This document shows positions 24,487-38,545 of a DNA stretch of 64,000 nucleotides, in pieces. The DNA lies in contig NC_082718.1 in NCBI RefSeq assembly GCF_030144855.1, forward strand, positions 91,140,001 through 91,204,000. The letters are read 5' to 3'. Within the stretch, counting starts at the first letter, position 1. Each line of letters opens with the position of its first letter. The notes beneath the pieces are model-generated. The model saw nothing but the letters and a program-made list of their open reading frames with translations, was not told where the DNA came from and did no database searches. The position numbers and the translations under genes were made by a program. Source of the DNA: Hypanus sabinus (Eukaryota).

Positions 24487-25041
24487 GTAGCCATGGTGGA
24501 GGTGCAGCTTGAATCGGGACAGGATTACCCAAAAGGTCTCTTGATTGCTTTTAGTGCCTGTACAACAGTACTGGTTGCAGTACACCTCTTTGCTCTCATG
24601 ATTAGCACTTGTATCCTTCCCAATATCGAGGCCGTTAGCAACGTCCATAACCTCAACTCTGTCCACGAGTCGCCCCACGAGCGTATGCACAGGCACATTG
24701 AACTTGCGTGGGCCTTTTCCACAGTTATCGGGACCTTTCTCTTCCTCGCTGAAGTCGTGCTGCTGTGTTGGGTTAAATTTCTTCCATTAAAGAAAAATCC
24801 TGTGGATTCCACGGAAAATAATTCGACGTCGATATCGCCCGGAAAAGCAGCAGCTATTACATCCACAGCAATCATGGTACCCTCTGGAATAATTTTTATC
24901 CTGTTTGCTGTTCACTTCTACCGGTCGTTAGTGAGCCACAAGACCGAGCGAGTTGAGAGAGAATTGGATGTACTTGTACAGCTGCAGGATCAGCTGGACA
25001 GAGGGGACACATTGCACCCTGCTGGGTCTCATTTTGGATAA
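24487..25041 (+). CDS. ORAI1: ORAI1 coding exon 2 (TM1 end to TM4 and C-terminal STIM-binding helix; 184 aa plus stop)
   Basis: Acceptor tcttctgtttttag at 24486. Translation has VAMVEVQL (E106 filter), [29 protein letters not shown] and [10 protein letters not shown]...LQDQLD...GSHFG*. The C-terminus is ORAI1-type. Joined protein is 222 aa. Confidence 0.97.
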   Translation, partial: VAMVEVQLESGQDYPKGLLIAFSACTTVLVAVHLFALMISTCILPNIEAVSNVHNLNSVHESPHERMHRHIELAWAFSTVIGTFLFLAEVVLLCWVKFLPLKKNPVDSTENNSTSISPGKAAAITSTAIMVPSGIIFILFAVHFYRSLVSHKTERVERELDVLVQLQDQLDRGDTLHPAGSHFG

Positions 25042-28000
25042 GATTAGTTGTAAACTCATTGGAATAGCCTTATGACTAGTTTACAGCACTTTGTGCATGA
25101 GATGACTGTTATACAAATCTACAAGTGCTAGCTGATCCTCAGTACTACTATTTGACCTTGGGTCAGTAACCAGCAGAGAACACCTCTGTTTTCACTTTTA
25201 AATTCAGATTAAATGACTGCATGTATTTACTTTGAATTTGTATGGAATTTTAAATGGATTGTTTAAACTTTCATTATTAAAGAAATCGGGTGTACGTGTG
25301 TTTTACAGGCATGTCTTAATAACAATGTTTTTTTTCTAATGTAATACGCGTTTCTCTTTATTTATAAAGCATTTATTTATGGGATATGCATTGCTGATTT
25401 TCAGGCAGCAGCCAGTACCATTAGTTAATTTGGTGGTGAATTGTGAGCGGGGTGGGGGTCGGAATCCACTTTGGTCAGACAAGTAGTCTGTGTGCCAAGG
25501 GTGTCTCTTAACTGTTTGTCCTTCTCAAATGCTTGCTATTTCCTTATCCGAAGAAATTGATTGTTACTGTCACCTATGCCTGTCCCTGTTGTTTGCATAC
25601 AGCACATCTATCTTGACTGTGATAGACCTCTTGAGATATTCCAATTTTCCCCTTTCTTTTTTAATACACACACACACAGAGCATTAAATCAAACTGCTGC
25701 ATTTAATCCCATTCCTGCCACTTCATTGCCGCTTACCTTGTAACTGTCTCAGATTAACAGTCCTCATGTTGCATTCTCTGACTAGTCTAGAAAAAACTTT
25801 CATATTTCTACAGTGCTTTTATTTTTCACATATTTGACACTGCTTACTGAGCATAAACTTCTAGTTTTATCTCCCTTACAACTTTATTCAAGGCTTTTGC
25901 CAGATGCCGTGCTGTTAGGGAAGGAAGAAAGGAAGTGTATTATGATAAAACAGCAGTATACATAAGTGACCAGTATACATAAAAATTGACATGTGAACAC
26001 AACAGTGTTGAGTACCTTTTTGAATGGCTTACAACAATCAACAGTTAACTCAAAGTGAATCAATATTGCTTGCAGCAATGGAAGACGAGCACCGCTTAAG
26101 AGCTGGTGATGGCTTCAAAATAAAAGACAGTATAACCACTCCCTTTATATGCATGTACAGCTACTGTACATCAGTTCAAGGACAGATGTATTCTGTTTGC
26201 CTGCTTGATCAGTGTACTTGGCATTCTTACGACAACCAAGTCCACTGGTCTGCAGTTAAGGACTCTGCATAATATTGCACTAACACAATCAGCGAAACAC
26301 TCTAGTAGAATATGGGTTCCATTTTGTTACTACAAGTAAAGAACGTTTCCACAAGAGAGATGAGTCTCCTCAGAGACTAAAAAGGAAATTTATTCATGGA
26401 GATAGAAGATGAGGCCAAGGTAACAAATGAACACTGCAGCATTAGTTTCCTCCTCGATGATGATGAATGGAGTCTCAGGAAGAAGTCATTGAACTCTGAA
26501 AGGGCTACTCGAGACAAGATACCAGAAAAGCTATCTGCATCTAATTGATCAGATGACATGCATTCCATTTTGACAAGAGAACTGTTGGGTTAAGGGTGGA
26601 TCTAATACAGTAGATGAGGGACAGCCGTGGATGTGGTTAATTAGATTCTCAGAAGACCTTTTAAAGCCCCTTAGAGGAGGATGGAGAGCAAGGTTAGCTT
26701 GTACGGAATTGGGGACAATCTAACAATGGGCGAACAGATGGAAGACGTAGAATAGTAATAAAAGGGTTCTGGTTGACAGGCTGTGATTTGTGAAGTACTG
26801 CAGGGATTAGTGTGTTCCACAACCTTTGACAATCTATATCCATTTTATGCTAAGGGGGACCAAATCTGCTGAGGGCATGAAGCTATGTGAGTAATGCTGA
26901 AGAAGTTGAGTGAGGATATTGTAGTGAGTGAATTGTATGTCTAATGCAAGGTAAACACAGGAATGCAGCATATTTCTTAACTGAAGAAACTGGGAAACGT
27001 TGATGCTCAAAGGGAATGGGGATCACTACAAAAGTCACTAAAAGCCAACGTATAGACAATGAGGAAGATAAGTTGGTTGTTATTATTGATGGTCAGATTA
27101 GTGGTGCACTTAGAATCGCTGCATCACAACTCTGGGTTCAGTCATGATGATTGGATGCTGTCCGTGAAGTTTGTATGTTCTCCCTGTGACAACATGACTT
27201 GCACTGGGTGTTCCCGTTTTCTCCCACATCTCAATGACAGGCCAGTGCAGAACGTGTTAGAGAAACTGAGAATGAGTAGCAGTTTTACAAGGAGGGAAGT
27301 GTGTGTGAATGGGGTTCCCTTTCCTCAAAGGCTGCAGAGCTGGGGACAGAACCGGACAATGTTGAGTAGGTGATCAGCCGTGATCTTGTGTAACTGCAAA
27401 GTGCGCCCATGAGGACTGAACAGCCTACTCCTTCTCCTAGTGTTGTGGGTGGTGCCCAAGTTTTGGTAAACCCCTGTAACTAAAGATTATTCAGTTTATT
27501 CTCGGCGATGAGGAAAGTTTTAGAAACATTACAGTGCCAAATTAGAAATCAAGAGTGAGAAGGTATAGATTAGTTGAATAATACTGAATTTGTGATGAAG
27601 TGGCAGATGAGGGAATTGCATCTCATTGTTGATCTGCACTTTCAGAAGGCACTTGATAAGGTACCCCTTAATAAACTTACCAAATTTGAAGGCTATGGAA
27701 TGAAAGGCGTTGTAAGGATAGAAGACTTGGATCAGTACAAGTCGTGTTTCTTACGAACAGTGTAGGAAAGTGAACAGCTGAGTTCCCCAGAGATTGATAA
27801 CAGTATTGGTCTGACACAATTTCCAAGTTTTTGCATGATGTAAAAATTTTGAGGTGGTGTGAACTGACAGGATGGTAATATTCAAGAAAATATAAACAGG
27901 CTGTTGGAAAGGACGTAGGAGGAAATAAAACATATTGATGGAAAAAGTGAAATGTTGCAAGAAGAAATGAAGAGGATGCAATTCTAAAAGGGGTATAAGA

Positions 28001-29249
28001 AGAGATGGGGGTTATTTACGCATTGAAACTGGCGAGGCAGATTTAAAAAGAACCCAAGATCCTGGCATTTATCAAGTGCAACAATCAAGAAATCATAGTT
28101 TCTTGGGCATGTCTCCTTTGAAAAGCCTTTGAGATGGTGCAGAAGGAACTTGCTGAATCATCCAAATGAGGATCCATGATTGTGTGGAGAAACTGAGATG
28201 GTTTTCCGTGGAACAGAGGAAATTGCATGGGAATTGAATAGAGATATTCAATGTAGTGAACTGTGCAGATGAACAGAAACTGATGAACTTTCTACCTGTT
28301 GTAGGACTTCAACGGAGAATTGTTCTTGCACAGAGCTTGTCCAGATTTACAGACCAAATGGTCTTCCTACAGCCTCCAACCATTGTGATTCTGTTGTTTC
28401 TGTTGATGACACACTTAATTGGCAGAGCAAAGAGAAGAATGATGTATGAAGAAAGCATTTTGCTTCCTGTTTAAAATATCCAAAATGGCAATACAAGGTC
28501 AAGCACAGCAGATGCTGGAAATGTAAAAGGAAACAAAATCATTGGAAACATTCAGACTCTGAAACATGTTTAAACAAGGAAATCTGTTCACCATTGGGAA
28601 AGATCATTGTCATTCATGCCTGTGCCTGCACCAGAACTTAACTATGCTTCTCTCCTGAGGTCTTTTGTTGGCACATGCTTGCCTCAGCCTACCTTCCAAG
28701 CTGCTGTGGATTTCCACACACATCCGTCTAGCAACGTGTACTAACAATTCACAGCTTCACAGTTTCATTGAAAAAGGGTAGCAGTGAAGCAGTAAGTAGA
28801 ACTTTTTAATTTAACTTCAATTCATTACTTTATATTTAATTGTTGATGCGTGAATTTATTTTCATTTTTTGTTCTTGTAGTGTTCTTGAATGTGGAATAT
28901 AAAGTTTCAAGTTCATTGACCACTTTTACAGTTGATATGTGTTGGGTGTTGAAGGTGATCATCCTTGTCAAAACCATTTTATGAGTGCTGTTGGCTTTTG
29001 CTGGGAGAAACGTCATTCTCACTCTATTGTGTTGGTCCATACTGATGCACTGGCATTGAGCATCCAAACAGAAGGCCACCATATGAGGAAAAACTCACTT
29101 TTCTATGAACGTAAAGCCAGAGAACTTGCCAAAATTGGTCTGTCCCATAGATTTTGCTTCTCAAGTATACTGCCTGATTTGAGTATTCCCAACTTCTACT
29201 GGAATGTTAACTTGAATTGTGGTTCTAACTTGATAACAGTTTTAGCAAA

Positions 29250-29545
29250 GGGTGCAACAGCAGAGTAGCAGTGACACCAGCTGTAAGATCAGGAAAAATT
29301 CCCACTGCTCTCCGTAAGGGGTTTGTACGTTCTCCCCATGGCTGCATTTGTTTCCTCCAGGTGCTCCAGATTCTTCCCACTTTCCAAAGACATACGGGTG
29401 AGGGTTAGTAAGTTATGGGCATGGAATGTTGGCACCGGAATCATGGTGACACTTTTGGGCTGCCCAGCGTAATGTTTGATGATTTGATCTGATGCAAACA
29501 ATGCCTTTCACTGCATGTTTCAATACACATGTGACAGATCTAACC
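29250..29545 (+). mobile_element. V-SINE
   Basis: gtttgtacgttctccccatggctgcatttgtttcctccaggtgctccagattcttcccactttccaaagac is a V-domain, and the tail matches the copy at 13228. Confidence 0.75.
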
Positions 29546-32500
29546 TTATATTTACAGCAAATAAGGGGTACTTCTAAAATTACCCAATTGTTAATGTTCA
29601 GATTAAAACACTATAATATTGGTTATCAATACAGTATGCTTGTTCTTTTATAGTTGTGATATCCACAGCACCTTTATGTAATTTGCCAGGTATATAGAGT
29701 ATTCGTAAGTTTAGTATCACACTGTGGTTGGAAACACTCTGGTCCATAGCCTGTGATCCAGTGTGCTTTGAATCCTGTAGTACAGATCGGTACTAATTAA
29801 TATTCTAAGGTCTGCTTAAGATCTAAAATTTAACCAAGATTTGTACAAACCTGTAACTAGTTGACATTTGCAATCGCAGCTGACACCATTCCTGATTAAT
29901 CTTTGCATAATCGGGGTGTATCTGCACTTAAAACAGTTCTACTCAGAAGATGATGATTAGGAGCAATTTCTGTGGCCTGGATGTTCTATTGTCTGGTACC
30001 AGCTGTATACCAAGAAGAGTTTTAATCTGTAGTATTTTACCAGGTCTGAACAATACTGAGTGCTGCCTCTTGTAAAGGCCCAAGGAGCTCTGTGACAAAT
30101 GTGTCCAGTATAGCAAGCATGAGGCCCCAGATTCTTATGGCTTAGTGATACCAAGGAAGTCCAGTGGAACTCTTAAGCATGATACACATAGATTATCAAA
30201 CTATTCCTTGAGGGAACCCACTCTCTCCTTAATTACCCCTTTGCTCTTAATATAGTTACAGAATTTTTTATAATTGTCCTTTACCTTATTTGCCAGGGAT
30301 ATCTTGTGTTCTCTGTAATGACCTCTTAATTTCCTATTTAAGTGTACTCTTAAATCAAAGGACTTGCTTGATCACTGCTGCCTATACCTGATGTGTCTTT
30401 TTATCCCTTGCTGATCGGGGTTTCTTCATCTTGGAGCCTTGCTACTCACTCCAGTCTAACAGAAGCATGCTGGATCTGAAGTATTCTCTTCCTATTTTAC
30501 TTTAATAAGCTTCCCACTTGCCGGACATCCCTCTCCAATGCCATCAGAATTAGCCTTGCCCTAATTTAGGAATTCAACATGAGAATTGGTTCAATCTTCT
30601 TCATGACTTAATTGAAAACAAAGCATGGTTACTGCTCCCAAAATGTTAGCCCACTGACACATCAGCCATTTCCCCAGCCTCCTTTCCTAAGAAGAGGTCA
30701 AAAGTAGCTTCTTCTCTAACAGGTCTTTCTAGATCTAAAATTCTACATCTATCTCTCCAAAAATGTTTTGGACACACCTAACAAATTCTGCCCCAACCAG
30801 TCCCTTAGTATAAAGGGAAGGTAGTTAACACCTTGAAAGGTAACTGCCCTGATGTGAAATGCAGTGTTTTCTTTTCCAGTCAAACATCCAATCAAGATGG
30901 TACTTAACTGTGGTCTCCATCAAGGTCATGACTCAGACTTGGTTGATTTTTTTTTAGGTTTGTTGTGATGATTTTGGGGACAGAGAGGAGAGTTAGGGGT
31001 CAGCTTAGTGTTTAGGGATAGGGATGTAGGGAAGTTAGACGTCAGGCCTAAGTCTAGGCTTTTCACTCTGTATTTAAAGGCCAGCGACATGGTTGTGTGC
31101 CAGAGGATATCTGTGCTTTGATGTCGGGCTGGTAGACCATTGAGGATGAGGCACCCCACCACCCCGGGCTGGTGAGTTCCAGGATCAGAGTTCCACGTGG
31201 GTAGGAGGCACAAGGACCAGTAACACCCCCATCCCCAGGAATGTGAGTCATTGAGACTGGAGCTCCAGGCCTCGTGTTTGAGGTCCTGTCATCAGTAAGT
31301 CCAGAGATGGAGGAATGGAGTTTGGGATCCTCATTGGCAAATCCTGAAGTTTGAAGCCCAGGCCCAATGGTCAAACCCTGGGTCTGTGAGCCTACAGGGA
31401 AAATCAAAGGTCCAGTGTCTCTGAGTACACGAGTCTGCTGCAGGTCCAGAGACTGCCCGTTCTGGGGTAAGAGGACTGTCCGTATATGGGTGTGCATGGC
31501 TGGGTCAGTGTGAGGAGAGAAAGGGGCTTGTTTTGCTTTTGGTGCTGTTGCTGCTTGTGCTTTTCAGCAAATATGTTGGCGTCAGAATACGTGGTGCCCT
31601 CAGCACGTCCTTACAGAAACGAGGCATTCATTTTACTGTATGTTTTGATATACAGGTGATAAACAATAAACACATCTGAATCTGGTACAGCTGCCCATAG
31701 TATGTAAAATGTTAAGCACTGCTTTGCTGTAAGAAGAGAGCTACCCCAATGCCCATCAACACCTCCTTAAAGCTTATTCATCAGCCACCCAGGAACAGTC
31801 ACAGGAAGAATGCTCACCTTTGTGCCAGAACCATCAAGTTCACCAGGATCACCTTCAACCAAGTACTTGTGATAAGCCTGCTTCTCCTCTTCCCCCTCCA
31901 TCTTCGATATATAAAGCCAACATATGAGGCACAAGAATAGACCTTTGAGCTTTCTCCACTATTTAGTAAGATCATGGCTGATATTGCTATCTCAATTCTG
32001 CATTCCTTCCCACTTGAAATAACCACACTGTTAAAGAATGTGCCTCAACAATGATTCTGTTTCCACTAGCCTTTTGAGAAATGTCATGAGAAAAATGTCT
32101 CGCTTGTGGCTTAGATGTTCTTGATTCTCCAAAAATGGAGAACATTCATGCTGTCAAGATCCCACTGGATCTTGTATATCATTTGCTGAGTACCTCAAAA
32201 GGATTAAGTTGGTATATTTTACGTTCAGATATAATTTATTTCAGATGCTTTTGTTAATGTATTCTGCGGTGCTTTAATTTTTGGACCTCTAGAATGTAAC
32301 CAGATTTTTATATTGAGATTAATTGTAAATGTCTTTTCAACTTTGAATTTTCATTTAGCAAAACACTTTTCTGGAAAGCAAGCTATTTATAACAAGGGGA
32401 TCTGTATCAGAAATCATTCTGCATCAGACAATGCTATGACAAGGGAAACCTGCACTAGATACCTTAAAGTTAATAGCATAATTTGGAGACTCCGTGCAAA

Positions 32501-32753
32501 TCAAATCTTTCCCTTATCAATGTACATGTTGCGAACTATGTGAATATTTGACAAAATATTAAATTCAGTGAAATTTAATTAGATTATAATTTACAAAGGT
32601 GGGACTAATGTTTGGGGGAAAATTTCATTAAATATGTTGCTGAATAAGACTAGATACCAGATAGACTATATTCTTAGTATTTTTCTATGTTCTAATTCAG
32701 TACCTTTTGTGGTGAGTGGAACTACACAAACTTAGCTTGTACATTTCATAGTA

Positions 32754-33814
32754 CAGTGGATTCCGGTTAATTGGGCCATTGGTAATCAGGGTGGCCACTT
32801 ATTTGGGGCAACTCTTGAAGAAAAAAGTTAATTAAGGAAATAGCTGGGATTTCCTTCGTTTATTTGGGACACGGTGCTGCTTACTTGGGTCAGGAAACTT
32901 GCCTGACAGGTTCTAACTGGAGTCAGTACGTGTGCATGTGTGGCCATTGGACTTAACACCATGCCTAGAGTGAGCATTTTTAAAATAGTATCAGTTGGTG
33001 TGTTTGTGTTCAAAAAGCAGTAATTTTTATCCCTGATAGTTGGCAAGAATTAAGCAGTAAGCCAATTCAAAACTGTTTTGCACACTGTGGTTTTCAGCAT
33101 TCAAACTTGGAAATGCCAAAAACAGCTGCGAGGGAAAATAAAACTATTTCACTACTTCAATAAGTTAGGAACTACGGAGGATTTGAAGGTATCGGCAATC
33201 ATCTTGAATGTTTAGTCCCCCCTGGACACTAGGCTCTCAACCTGTGACTGCAGGTAACTATTTCGCATATGACAGAAGCCTCACCACATACACTGTTCCA
33301 GCAGGCAGGCTAAACCAGGTGAGGTGAGCTGGTGGGTCACATAGCCCAGTGAGGTAGGGACGTGCCTGTCCTAGTATGCCAAGTAGCTCTGGTGTACTTA
33401 ACAGACGAGATCCACAGTGAGATCCAATGGTCAGGAATGTTGCTGTGCAACACTACTTGGAAAGCGAAGCACAGAAAATGTCAGAGTCATCCACAAGAAG
33501 GAAGATCCCAGCTCTGACTGCTACTTGTACCACTGGACCTGGACCTCTGAGATCGAAGAGAATGGAATTGTCCCAGTACAACAGCTTTTCCACTTCAAAA
33601 AATTCTCCCGCACAGGCTTCCTGTCACTGTCTGATACGACAGATATCAATCCAATTTTTTTCTGTATTTTATTTAAGTACATTATTTGTTGCTTAGCAGT
33701 CTGCATTGTTATACCTTTTTAACAATTTCCATGAAACTTCGGCTAAATGGGCCAGGCGCTTAATTGGGCCAAAATGGACTAGACTCGATGTGTTCCAATT
33801 AACCGGAATCAACT
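32754..33814 (+). mobile_element. Tigger/pogo-like non-autonomous DNA transposon, copy 2
   Basis: TA followed by cagtggattccggttaattgg at the left end and ccaattaaccggaatcaact at the right end. Collinear with 11289-12862. Carries an unrelated insert at ~33212-33640. Confidence 0.8.
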
Positions 33815-35821
33815 TATTAATTTGGCATTGACTGATATCAGTGCGTTTTTAAACTTTTATACTGTACAAGAGAAGTTTTAAAAAAAATTGGAACTTTTAA
33901 AGTACAGTTAGTAACTATATCACCTTATGTTTTCGCTGTAGTTTGCACTTGTCTGACTCTGCAATTTCGAGGATACATACAGTCGTCATTTGTGGGCCTT
34001 TGCAGTGTGCTTTCTGGACTTGCCCTTTGCACAAATTTTGTGATTCTTAAAAGTAATTCATATTTTCTACAAGTCTGTGGAATTCCACTTGACCAGTCAC
34101 TGATTTATACCCATTGTCTAATTATAGAGGGCATACACTGGCAAGATAGGCCTCTGCTGGTTCAGCCTTCAGACCTGTAATTTACTCTGCATCAGTTGTT
34201 TTTAAACAGATTCTACCATGCAAGCATAATCTATGCTTCAGAGAGATAGCGTCCTTGATGTTTAACAATTCATGCAAAATGGCTTATTTTGCATCGATGT
34301 CGTGTCCCTTGCTGTTTGTAAGTCCAATGAGTTCAACTGCCTTAGTTATTTCACTTTTTGTTAACTTTCTCAAATTATTATGGCTTTGGCTCTCCTGAGC
34401 AAACCATTCTGTTTTATGTTTCCGGCAAAATAGTTGGTATCTTGCTCTGTTTTTTTAATATTGTCTAGGAGTAGCTAAAAGTATTTTTTCCCCTTCTTTA
34501 GCTAACTCCCATATCTGTACAAATCTTTTTGTCCAATGCAGACAAAAATACAAAATGGGAAAGTCTAAGCTATCTCTAAAACAATTCAACACACAATCAA
34601 TCAGAAATTTAATAATTTAATATACTAGAATTCAAGTTTATAAAAATAGAAATGGGGTTTACACCAAGACAATCTTCAGTTTATACCTTAATCTAAGCTT
34701 GGGTACATTTTAAAGACAAATACCATATGTGAGAAGTGCAGTTTCCATTTGTACCTGTTGAAATTAACCTATTATTTTTTTCATATTAATAATTAAAAAT
34801 GAATGTACTCAATTTTTACAGTGCAATTCCATGAAAATGTCTGATCATTAGAATTTGGGTTTCTGTCTGGATTTTCAGTTGACGTCTGTTGGCAGAACTC
34901 ATAAATTTTCCAACTTATACATGCTCTTGACATTTGAAATCTTGTTTTTTGGAAGAAGTCCTGCCTGATGTTCATCATGTGAATTTCGTTTGAGATGCAA
35001 TGATAAGCATACACTGTGGAGAATGTAAAGAAAAACAAAATCTGCAAAACCTGGAAACCTTAAATAGGCACAAAATGCTGAAAACACGGCAGCAACTGCA
35101 GGAAGAGAAACGGTGTACATGTTTGAGGTCAAAGTCCCTGACAGGCTTCAGCCACAAATGGTAACTGACCCCAGTATTTCCGACATTGTAATTTGTGGAG
35201 AACACTGCTTCAGATATGGAATGACTCCAAAGGATACTTGTATCTCCAAAGCATATATCAACTGGGCTTTAAAATGTGCAGTTTAGCAAATGCTTCAATA
35301 TAAATACAATTAATTCTCAAATCATAATTGTGTTTTGTATAGTGAACTGCCAATAATCCAGCACTTTTGACTCTTTTTGGTGCTGAACCAGTAGATGTTC
35401 CAAATTACTCCTTTCAATATGCCAATACATGACTAATCAGTCTAAAGAGAACACTTTCCAAGTAAATCAGGTGAGTTTAAACAACATGGAAATAGGGTCC
35501 AGTGAGCAAATGCCAAACCATTAAGATTTCCAAATGATGGATTATAGATTTATCAGAATTTTAAATGGCCTCAATTTATCTAAAGGATCTTTGATAAAAT
35601 GTTTGATATTTGTCATATTTTTGAGGCACTTGTTTGCTTTTACTAATCAACACTGAGATTTAACTGAATGCAAATATGCAGTGCAATACAGTCATGAATG
35701 ACATTTTTTTTCCTGTGCTGGTCATATCTTTAATCCCAATTATAAATTTGGCAAAAATCAGAAAACCTGAAATGCACCTGAAATAATCTTGTAGGCAAAT
35801 TGTAGGTGCAATAGGTAATGT

Positions 35822-36088
35822 TACACAAAAAAGTCTGCAGATGCTGGAAATCCAAAGCAACACACACAAAATGCTGGAGGAACACAGCAAGTCAGGCAAT
35901 GTCTAGGGAAATAAAATAACAGTCGATGTTTCAGGCAGAGATCCTCCTTCAGGACTGGAAAGGAAGGGGAAAGATGCTAGAATAAAAAGGTGAGGGTGGG
36001 GGGAGGGGGGTTGGGAAGGATGTCTAGAATGTGATAGGTGAAGCCAAGTGTATAGGGAAGATAAAGAGCTGGAGAGGAAGGAATCTGT
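35822..36088 (-). mobile_element. Penelope-derived short repeat with hammerhead-like motif
   Basis: The minus strand reads cagtcctgaaggaggatctctgcctgaaacatcgactg followed by the family tail. Confidence 0.75.
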
Positions 36089-36361
36089 TGCCTCAAAGGT
36101 CTAGTGTCCCAGCTTCAATCCTAACTTCTGGTGTTGTGTGTAAGGTGTTTGCATGGGTTTTCCTGGGACGCTGTGGTTTCCTCATACATCTCTAGGGCAT
36201 ACGGGTTGGTATGTTAACTGGTTACTGTAAAAGGTGTGAATCGTAGAGAAATGGTGGGAGGTCAATGAGCGTGTGAGAGGAGTGATTGGGATTGATGAAA
36301 TTACAATAAAAACTGGAGTGGACTTGGTTGGTCTCCTTTGCGGTGAGAGGTAAAGTATATC

Positions 36362-36645
36362 TGCATAGTAGCAATTAGTGCAATGCTACTATGCCAGCAA
36401 TCACCCAATCAGGGTTCAATTCCCTCTGCTGTGCAGGAGTTTGGATGTTCTCCCTGTGTCCACCTGGGTTTCCTCTGTGTTCAGGTTTTCTCCCACAAAT
36501 TCCAGATTTATGGGTACACTTCTGTATGCGGAACCAAGAGACGGGTTACACTTTTACAGGCTGCTTCCAGCACCATCTTCAGGATATGTTGGTTGATGCA
36601 TTTTGCTCTGTTTTGATATACTGTACCTGTGACAAATAAAGCTAA
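36362..36645 (+). mobile_element. V-SINE (another partial copy lies at ~36090-36230)
   Basis: gggttcaattccc...ggagtttggatgttctccctgtgtccacctgggtttcctctg. Confidence 0.7.
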
Positions 36646-37650
36646 TCATCCCTCTCTGTATGTTTTCAGTTGTACTGTTAGAACAGTGAGGTTAAATTTT
36701 GTTCTTGAAAGCATTTGCTAGTTATTCTTTTACAGACATTTACTGTTAATTTCATTTCCCCTCAAAGCTTTTTCTGGATCCTGAAGACTTTGAAATTTGT
36801 GTATCTGCTTGTGTCCAATTTAAAAATATTTTGTTGGTTTGAGGTTAATGTTTCTTTTCATATTGTATCAGTGTTTATCTTCCTCTATACAGTAACACCT
36901 GATCATACTAATTCTGGCTCACTCATCATCCTGCAAAAATTTCCCGACACATGGCCATCACTGTGTCAAGTAACATAACACTTCTCCACAAACACCAACT
37001 GGATAGTGAGGACACACAAGGGATCTTTTGTTTCTGTCCCACCTTCCCCCCCTCCCCCCCCAAATTTGCATTTAGCATAGTTCCCTCTAATGTTGAACTA
37101 TTAACCTTGCATTTAGCAATTTAAACATGGCTTTCAATACTTAATTAGGTTCTAATTTAGTACTGAAAGCTGTTAAGAATCTATTTGTCAGAATGATGTG
37201 CTAAAAGCCGAAAAAGAAATTAGAAGAAATCATGGAATCTATTGTTCTAAAGAAATGTGTTAGTCACATGAATAGCTGATGGAATCTGGTAAGGGTGTCA
37301 GAGTAAATAAGGCAAGTAAAATAGAAACACATGAACAAAAATCTTGCTTTGTGGATAAAATTGTTGAGACTTGATCAATTACGTCCACCATCCACAATAC
37401 AAACCAACCCACCAACACAATATCGATCCTCAGCACAGCAGAAGTGCTTAACCATTAGGTGTTCCAATTTTAGATTATTCCATGTTGCAAAACTAATGCT
37501 ACACCAATATTCTGCTAGCGTTATTTCAGAAGCTTTTCACAAATTGCAAATGCACTATTTGTGATTATTTAAAGACCAATTATACAGAATGTCATTCTTC
37601 AAAGGCTAGATATACACCAGGAACATTCCAAAGCTTGAATTGTATGGTCT

Positions 37651-37755
37651 TTAAATTGTAGACGAGATGAAATGTTGATTGGAGGTCTTATTATCTTCAA
37701 CCAGAAAATGTGATCTGGCTTCCTTTAATATAGCAGCAGGATTTCTTAGCTTTAT
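37651..37755 (-). CDS. MORN3: MORN3 coding exon 5 (last; not in the ORF track)
   Basis: Acceptor ttattttgtttcttcag, phase 0. IKLRNPAAILKEARSHFLVEDNKTSNQHFISSTI* aligns with the mammalian VKILDPDGVLAEALAMF tail. Confidence 0.85.
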   Translation of the reverse strand: MKLRNPAAILKEARSHFLVEDNKTSNQHFISSTI

Positions 37756-38345
37756 CTGAAGAAACAAAATAAGACTTATTGCAATATTATCACGTGTACT
37801 AAAAAAATAATTATCCATGGTTAATCTAAATAGGGAGTGGCTATTAAACTATTCATTTAGTTTTAAAATCTTGTATTAGTTGTTGAAAAAGCTGAGTTGC
37901 TACAGCTTTTGTTCAAATGCTTTAAGAGTATCAAGTATTTGGGAAGTACAACTAGCCTTCATAGACGAGTTAGTATCAGTAGATAATCGGACTAATATGA
38001 AACCCTCCCAATAAGTTCTGATGCATGGCCTTGATATTGCCCATCCCCTCTGCCTCCCCAGATGCTGCCTGGCCCACCAAGTTTCTCCGGCAGTTTGCTT
38101 CATATTACAGTATCTTGTCTCTTTACAAAAGTTGTCTGAGGTCACCTCACCAGCCAGGATTCTGTTCTGGTGGGGCAAAAGGTTTCCCCTGGGGAGCATA
38201 GCCAGAGGTAAGCCCTCAGCACCATGGGAGGCTTAATTCTATAGGATGACAACAAAACTTGCTGATTAGTGAGTAAATTAGTAAAAAGATATACAGGAAT
38301 TACCTGTAGACAGAAAGAATAACATAAGCATAGGTAAACTTGAAC

Positions 38346-38545
38346 AACACACACAAAATGCTGGTGGAACACAGCAGGCCAGGCAGCATCTATAGGAAAA
38401 GACCCTTCGTCAGGACTAACTAATTTTGAGGGGTCTCGGCCTGAAATGTCGACAGTGCTTCTTATAGATGTTGCCTGGCCTGCTGTGTTCCACCAGCATT
38501 TTGTGTGTGTGTTGTTTGAATTTCCAGCACCTTCAGATTTCCTCG
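38346..38545. mobile_element. Penelope-derived fold-back insertion with perfect 13-bp TSD
   Basis: Arms acacacaaaatgctggtggaacacagcaggccaggcagcatctata and tatagatgttgcctggcctgctgtgttccaccagcattttgtgtgt. TSD ggtaaacttgaac at 38333-38345 and 38546-38558. Confidence 0.85.

Noticed and set aside
24445-24875. Minus-strand ORFs overlapping ORAI1 exon 2
   Set aside because: Antisense shadows of a real coding exon, with no independent support.
34793-35047. Extra minus-strand exon after a good acceptor (tttctttacattctccacag at 35014)
   Set aside because: The MORN3 ORF is already complete at 37651 and there is no protein similarity. It might be a non-coding 3' exon, but this cannot be supported without transcripts.
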